From contig JAPEUG010000016.1 of the NCBI GenBank assembly GCA_026025795.1, positions 62,001 to 94,313 on the forward strand: a stretch of 32,313 bases of DNA. Direction: 5' to 3'. Each line of letters starts with the position of its first letter. Within the stretch, counting starts at the first letter, position 1. The DNA comes from Thelocarpon superellum (lineage: Eukaryota). The notes below the pieces were generated by a model. It searched no databases and was not told the origin of the DNA. It saw only the letters and a program-made list of their open reading frames with translations. Below, in pieces: positions 22,879 to 32,313 of the stretch. Both the position numbers and the translations under genes were made by a program.

Positions 22879-23748
22879 ATGGAATCCAAAAAGGTCGTGC
22901 TCTTGACCGGAACCTCCAAGGGAGGTCTCGGTGATGCTCTCGCACGCGCCTTTCACGCCCGGGGCTATCGCGTCATCGCGACGGCACGCAACCCCGCCAA
23001 GGTGGCGCACTTCGAGGCCCTGGGCATTGAGACCCTCACCCTCGACGTTCTCTCCAGCGAGTCTATTGCCGCCTCCGTCGCCGCTCTTTCCAAGCTCACC
23101 GATAGCCGTCTGGATGTCTTGGTCAACAACTCGGGTGGCGGTTACTCCATGCCCTTGGCCGACGTCTCCATCGACCACGCACGTGGGATCTTCGAGCTGA
23201 ACGTCTGGTCCGTGTTGGCCGTCACCCAGGCCTTCCTTCCGCTGCTCCTAAAGGCGCCCGGCGGTGGGCTTATCGCCAACCAGAGCTCCGTCGTCTCCGT
23301 CCTCCCTTACCCCACCTCGGGTATCTACAACTCCTCCAAGGCTGCCGTCGCTCACTTGACCGACACCCTTCGCCTCGAGCTGGCTCCGTTTGGCGTCAAG
23401 GTGGTCGATCTCAAGACGGGCATGGTTCGCTCAAGCTTCTACGACAACATCAACAAAGGCGAAGAGCCACAGCTGCCGGAACAGTCCCTCTACAACGTCG
23501 CCAAGGAAGAGGTCGAGAAGGTCATGAAGGGTATCGATAACCGCGAACAGGCCGTCGATGCCGATCTCTGGGCCAAGGAAGTCGTGGCCAGCCTGATCGT
23601 CGCATCGCCACCCGCACAGATCTGGAAAGGCGGGAAGGCATGGGTGATCTGGTTTGCTCGTCGCTTCCTTCCCGCCAACGTGCTGGACAGCAGCTTGTCG
23701 AAGATGGGTGGTATGGAGGCAGTGAAGCAGAAACTGGGGCGAACATAG
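22879..23748 (+). CDS. Classical short-chain dehydrogenase/reductase (Ayr1/17beta-HSD-like subgroup), 289 aa, intronless
   Basis: TGTSKGGLG cofactor motif, ATARN (NADP-preferring), LVNNSG, catalytic Ser and YNSSK, LRLELAPFGVKVV. Confidence 0.92.
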   Translation: MESKKVVLLTGTSKGGLGDALARAFHARGYRVIATARNPAKVAHFEALGIETLTLDVLSSESIAASVAALSKLTDSRLDVLVNNSGGGYSMPLADVSIDHARGIFELNVWSVLAVTQAFLPLLLKAPGGGLIANQSSVVSVLPYPTSGIYNSSKAAVAHLTDTLRLELAPFGVKVVDLKTGMVRSSFYDNINKGEEPQLPEQSLYNVAKEEVEKVMKGIDNREQAVDADLWAKEVVASLIVASPPAQIWKGGKAWVIWFARRFLPANVLDSSLSKMGGMEAVKQKLGRT

Positions 23749-23988
23749 AAGAGCCGGTGGTGCAGGGTCCATGGTCTCGGTGCGAGACGTTGGTTTGGCG
23801 TAAACTTATTTGGATGTTGGTTTGGCGCTTGGTGACGGCGTCAATTGCAGATTGGAGCAGAGTGCTGTGATAGCCAGAATGAATATATTCTCTCCAAGAT
23901 CACGCCCTGAAATGTGTATGTGGGAACGGACAACCGTTACGCCTTTCCCCAACTGCGACTCCAATCCTCACCCGCGCAAAGAAGCGTC

Positions 23989-26503
23989 TCATCCGCCTGC
24001 GAGTGTCGGTCCAAACGTTCCCTCATCGACGTCTGGCCACATGGTGGGCAGTTCCGCCGCGTCCCATTGGAAGAGCATCGCCTCGTCGAACGAGTTCCCG
24101 TAAAAGGATAGGGGCATGCCGTCGCTTCCCATGACTGGACCGGCGGGGGTGTCAGTGGGAGCGATGAAATCGCCTTCGGTGGTCGACGGGTTTGACGACT
24201 CTCTTGGCGTTGGCGCGTAGGGCACCTCCTGAGACGCCTGCACCTGGCTGGCCCCTGATGCCGGCGTAAGCGGGGCCATGAACATACTGTTGACAGGCGT
24301 CTGCGTCACATCAGACGCGGAAGCCATGCCGCTGAGCCCACGGAGCTCCTGGTCCAAGTCCACCGCGTTTTGATCGACCATGTCGGAGAAGGCGAATTCC
24401 GCCAGCTGCGGCACGGCCAAGTTCGGCCGGCCTGGCACCAGCACTTCGGTTGCCTCATCTCGTCGTCGCCGCAGGTTCTTGGGGTGCTCGATCTGCGCCT
24501 TGGCCACGGTCTCGGCGGCGATGATGTTGAGTTCCTCGAAGATCTTCAGCATCCCGACCGAGGTGGTAGACTTGCCCTGCTGCACCGATTTCGACAGGGT
24601 TTGTACCACGACGCGCATCAAGGCAACATCCGGTAACGCTTGCGAGTCCGTCGGATGTTGGAGGACATTGGCGAAGAGCGCCAGCGACGCGGACAAGGGA
24701 TACTGAAAGGCCATCCAGATGAGATTATCGAGGGGTGTGTCGTCATCTTGGTCGAGAGACTGCGTCAGCTTGATCACGTGGCGCGCGGCGGACAAACAGA
24801 TGGGCCCGCTGGAGTAGACGCGCGGGTTCAGCGGCGGAAGGCGGCCGTCCGGGGGCGTCTCCTTGTCGGGTTCGGCCGTCCAGGCGCCGCTGTGGACGGA
24901 CATGCGGTGAATGGCGGTGAGGCAGTTGTAGTAGGCAAAATGCATCATGACCACGGGCATGTACTTCTGCTTGCTGCACCGAATCTCCCGCTCCGGCCGG
25001 ATCTCCATGGGCAGAGCGTCGCGCCATTTTTGCAGCTCGAGATCCAGCTGGCTCACGGCCTTCAAACGTTCGAAGCGCGAACGCGTTCGCGATCGAGCGG
25101 AGTAAAGCCGGCTGTACACGCGACTCTCCAGGAGGGCTAAGATGGCCATGCTCCGGAATTTGTTGGGCTCTTGGCCCTCTTCATGGCTGGGGAGGTCGAT
25201 GCCAACGTCTTCGTCGTTGATGACCGAAGGTCGACCGGACCGAAGACTGGTGGCCTTGTCGAGCATGTAGAGGATCCAGAAGACGTTGCGTCGATCTTGC
25301 GTCTGCGCGGCCGACAGGCCAAAATCGGCATTCAAGCGACGGTGGAGTCCGATGGCGTGGGCCAAGCGCGCCGCCGCGGCGGTCAGCACATATGGTGGAT
25401 GCGGGTCCGAGGTGGACTGCATCATAAAGGCCATGCCTACGAGGGCCTGGATCGACATGAGATTGTAGTCCTTAAACTGCAGGTCGACAAAGGTGCTGCT
25501 CGCGTTGCGGAAATACTTGCGCGATGCTTCCACCTCATCGAGGGCGGGACCGACGACCGCGTCCTGATTTCGTGATCGGCGAATCATCCGGCCCATGGCG
25601 AGGACGACATTGAACGAGGCATACCATGACGCCCCTGTTGGGGGATCTGCCGAGTACTGGCGCTCATAGTAGTCGCGGAAGATGCTCTCGTTGTAGAGGG
25701 GGAAGATGCTGTTGAAGGTGTAGAAATAACACTTCACATATTCGTCCGCGACCGCTTTCGGAGGGCAAGGCTCCCGTTCAGAAGAGGGGAGTGGAGAAAA
25801 GACGATGTTGCGGAATTCGGTGTGATTCAGCAGCTGGGCCTCGGACATGATGGACATGAGTCGACGGAATTGATCGCTCTCGATCCGCTCCGAGATCCAA
25901 CGAAGGCCATGGGGCGAGAACAAGGACAATCCCGAGGAGGGACCTACGTCGTCCTCCGCGTCAGGCTTCAATCCGGTGCGCGGGCTGGATCAGCAGGCGG
26001 GCACGTACCGATAAAGTTGGAGACGCCTCGCTCCTTGATGACGAGGAAGGACAGCTGGTCGGACAGTTCGGCTTGGCGTTCAAGCATGCTGGGCATGTTC
26101 TCTTCCTCGTCCCGAAGTTGGCCCACGACCAGTCCTGAGCGATCAATGACGGACTCCATGGCCTTGATGCGGCCTTCCATGGAGGAGAGATAGTCGCGTC
26201 TGATCCGTCAGCATAGCCTGCTCCATGCTCACGAGGGCGGCGTGCTTCTTACCGCTTGGTGGGGGTGTCTTTCCTCTTGGGCATGGTCATGATACATTCG
26301 ACGTCACGCGCGACACACGCCGTGCAGCGATCCGCCTGGCGGTCACATTTGATCTAGCCGCTGAGCGTCAGGACCAAACCGTGACGGTCAAGGTTGACTT
26401 CTACCTTTCTGCGTTTACACAGATCGCACGACATCTTGACCGTACTGGGCTTGGTCGAGGTCGAAGGCTCCATCGGCGAGGCCGGATCACTACTGGAATT
26501 CAT
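23989..26503 (-). CDS. Zn(II)2Cys6 transcription factor with fungal-specific middle homology region, about 781 aa; exons 26503-26405, 26353-26253, 26199-26009, 25943-23989
   Basis: Spliced CDLCKRRK|IKCDRQADRCTACVARDVEC, coiled coil YLSSMEGRIKAMESVI, YFYTFNSIFPLY, AARLAHAIGLHR, RRNVFWILYMLDKATSLRSGRP; 2346 nt in frame. Alternative ATG at 26473. Confidence 0.93.
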
Positions 26504-28041
26504 CGCGACTTCGACTTCGGGTCGAGCGTTGGACGGGCTGAGTGGAAGCAAGCTCACGAGTCACGGTGTGGAGAGGGTTCCCTTGGTCTGGCCCAAGTGC
26601 ACCACCGACAGAGATACGTTGGTGATGGCGCAGGAGTAGTGTAGGTGCGAACCAACGAACGTTTATAGCGTGGATATGCCACGCCGTCACCTTTCTTCCT
26701 ACGTCCGTAGCAATCCGCGGGGCATGGGCTCAGTACTTCGTACTAAAGTACATAACTACCCGCTAACTGGAACATGACCCTATTGGCTCCTCGTATCCCA
26801 CGCTCACGTATACTATAGTGTGAGATGGACATCCAGTCTGACCCTATACCTGTAACCAACGCGGCTGGCCAGGCGAGCATTTGTGCGACCGGAAGCAAAG
26901 CACATCGCTGTGGGTCAGATGCAACCGCAGAACCTTGACATCCTGTTCATACTACATATCAGCATTGAGTAAAATAGGCAAGAGAATGTTGCTATATTTC
27001 CTAATGCCCTTTGTGCTTCGTACGGTCGCTCTACCACAAAGTTGGGCAGATTTAGTGGCCCCGCTCTTGTGGATCGTGTGGTGCGAGTGAGCGGTCCACG
27101 TTCCAAGAGTCGCGACGGGGCCACGGAGAGGCGCACTAACAAACGATGCAGTCGGAAGGGAAACGCCATCTAACTGAAGAAATAGGCCTCGGAGCAGCTA
27201 GAGCGGGCAGAAAAGAGCCGAGGGCGGCAAAGACTGACCCAGATCGGCTCCAGATAGGCTACGATGGCCCGGATTGCCTGGATTTCTTGTCCCACTTTGC
27301 AGGGGGAAGACAGCCAGCGGCGACGAGATACTCGGGCACACCGTAACATCGGCGGCGGTGCTGCACCTGGCACCCTGCAGTGCTGGAGGGCCGACACCAC
27401 CAACAAACGTCACCGTTCGCTGGAATGCGAACCTCGTCCGCCTTTCGCCCCTGGGTGCATTAGTCACTCGGGCCGTCTCGATCACGCGTCACGAAACCTA
27501 TCAAAGTGATCTTGGCACATCCAGCTCCGCAACATCGGTCGCCCCCGTCGACCGAGTACCACGTCCTTGGTCCTTGGTCCTTGGCGCTGACGCCGAAAGT
27601 ACCGGGCCATCACCGGCACCTGCGCTTGCTGATCCTCGCGACGGCGCGTGGGCCTTTCCTCGTCGTGTGGGGCACGTCCTCATCCTGCCCGTCATCCCAC
27701 TCTACCCTACCGCTACCGGCCGCGGCCACAAACACGAGATTGCAAGCTTGCAAGATTGCGAGATTGCCTTGCCCTCACATTCTTTCCCTCGCCCCCTCGC
27801 CCCCACCTCATCACCCCGCCATCCGCTGGAGGAGCACTAGGCACGCGTGGTGGCGTCTCTGCGCCCCCGGCCACGCCCAGTGTCATCGGTGAGCCGCCAC
27901 ACGCGCCGCCATCTCAGGTCTGCTGGGGCTATCGTGGCGGCCTCGTCCTGAGCGGCAGCCGATCGCTCAGTGCCCATCGCCCCCGGGTCCCACTCGCCAC
28001 CCACACCCACCTGCAGCTTCGACCTCGTCCGTCCCACCAAC

Positions 28042-32113
<4,072 letters not shown>

Positions 32114-32114
32114 A

Positions 32115-32148
<34 letters not shown>

Positions 32149-32192
32149 CGCAGACGCAATCGCAGACGCAGTCGCAGACGCAGACTCAGACG
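32115..32192. repeat. (CAGACG)13 imperfect hexanucleotide microsatellite starting 2 nt after the PKC stop codon
   Basis: Five perfect units, then CAGACG alternating with CAGTCG/CAATCG/CAGTCG/CAGACT. Confidence 0.95.
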
Positions 32193-32313
32193 GCAGCTTC
32201 AGCTTCTTTTTCTCGGTCTACTCTCCACCAGCAGTAGACATCGTGAGTGCCGAGGCGAGGCTGGCTGGCCTGAGACAATGCACGGAGGGGCAGGACAGAT
32301 CCCGAGCCTGAGC

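Overview
GC-rich, intron-containing genomic DNA from a filamentous ascomycete (Pezizomycotina-type GT..CTRAC..YAG introns of about 47-116 nt). I spliced 11 intact genes by hand, and in each the exon lengths sum to a whole reading frame. In order they are: cyclin C (SSN8); a type-I membrane protein with a Cys-rich ectodomain and a C-terminal SH3; ALG3; an eIF1A-like S1 protein; a secreted GH35 beta-galactosidase; a CipA/NmrA-like oxidoreductase; a hemerythrin (HHE) protein; a DUF4188/Af470-like monooxygenase; an Ayr1-like SDR; a Zn2Cys6 transcription factor; and protein kinase C. There is also one multiply disabled MFS transporter pseudogene and three microsatellites. I saw no tRNA, rRNA, transposon or CRISPR. 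The best candidate for an undescribed system is the block at 17.1-26.5 kb: four redox genes plus a Zn2Cys6 regulator and no backbone synthase, with a CGGASTTACGG motif shared by two promoter regions. The second candidate is the possible Frizzled-like-CRD/TM/SH3 receptor. Family calls come from motif recognition only; no database search was run.
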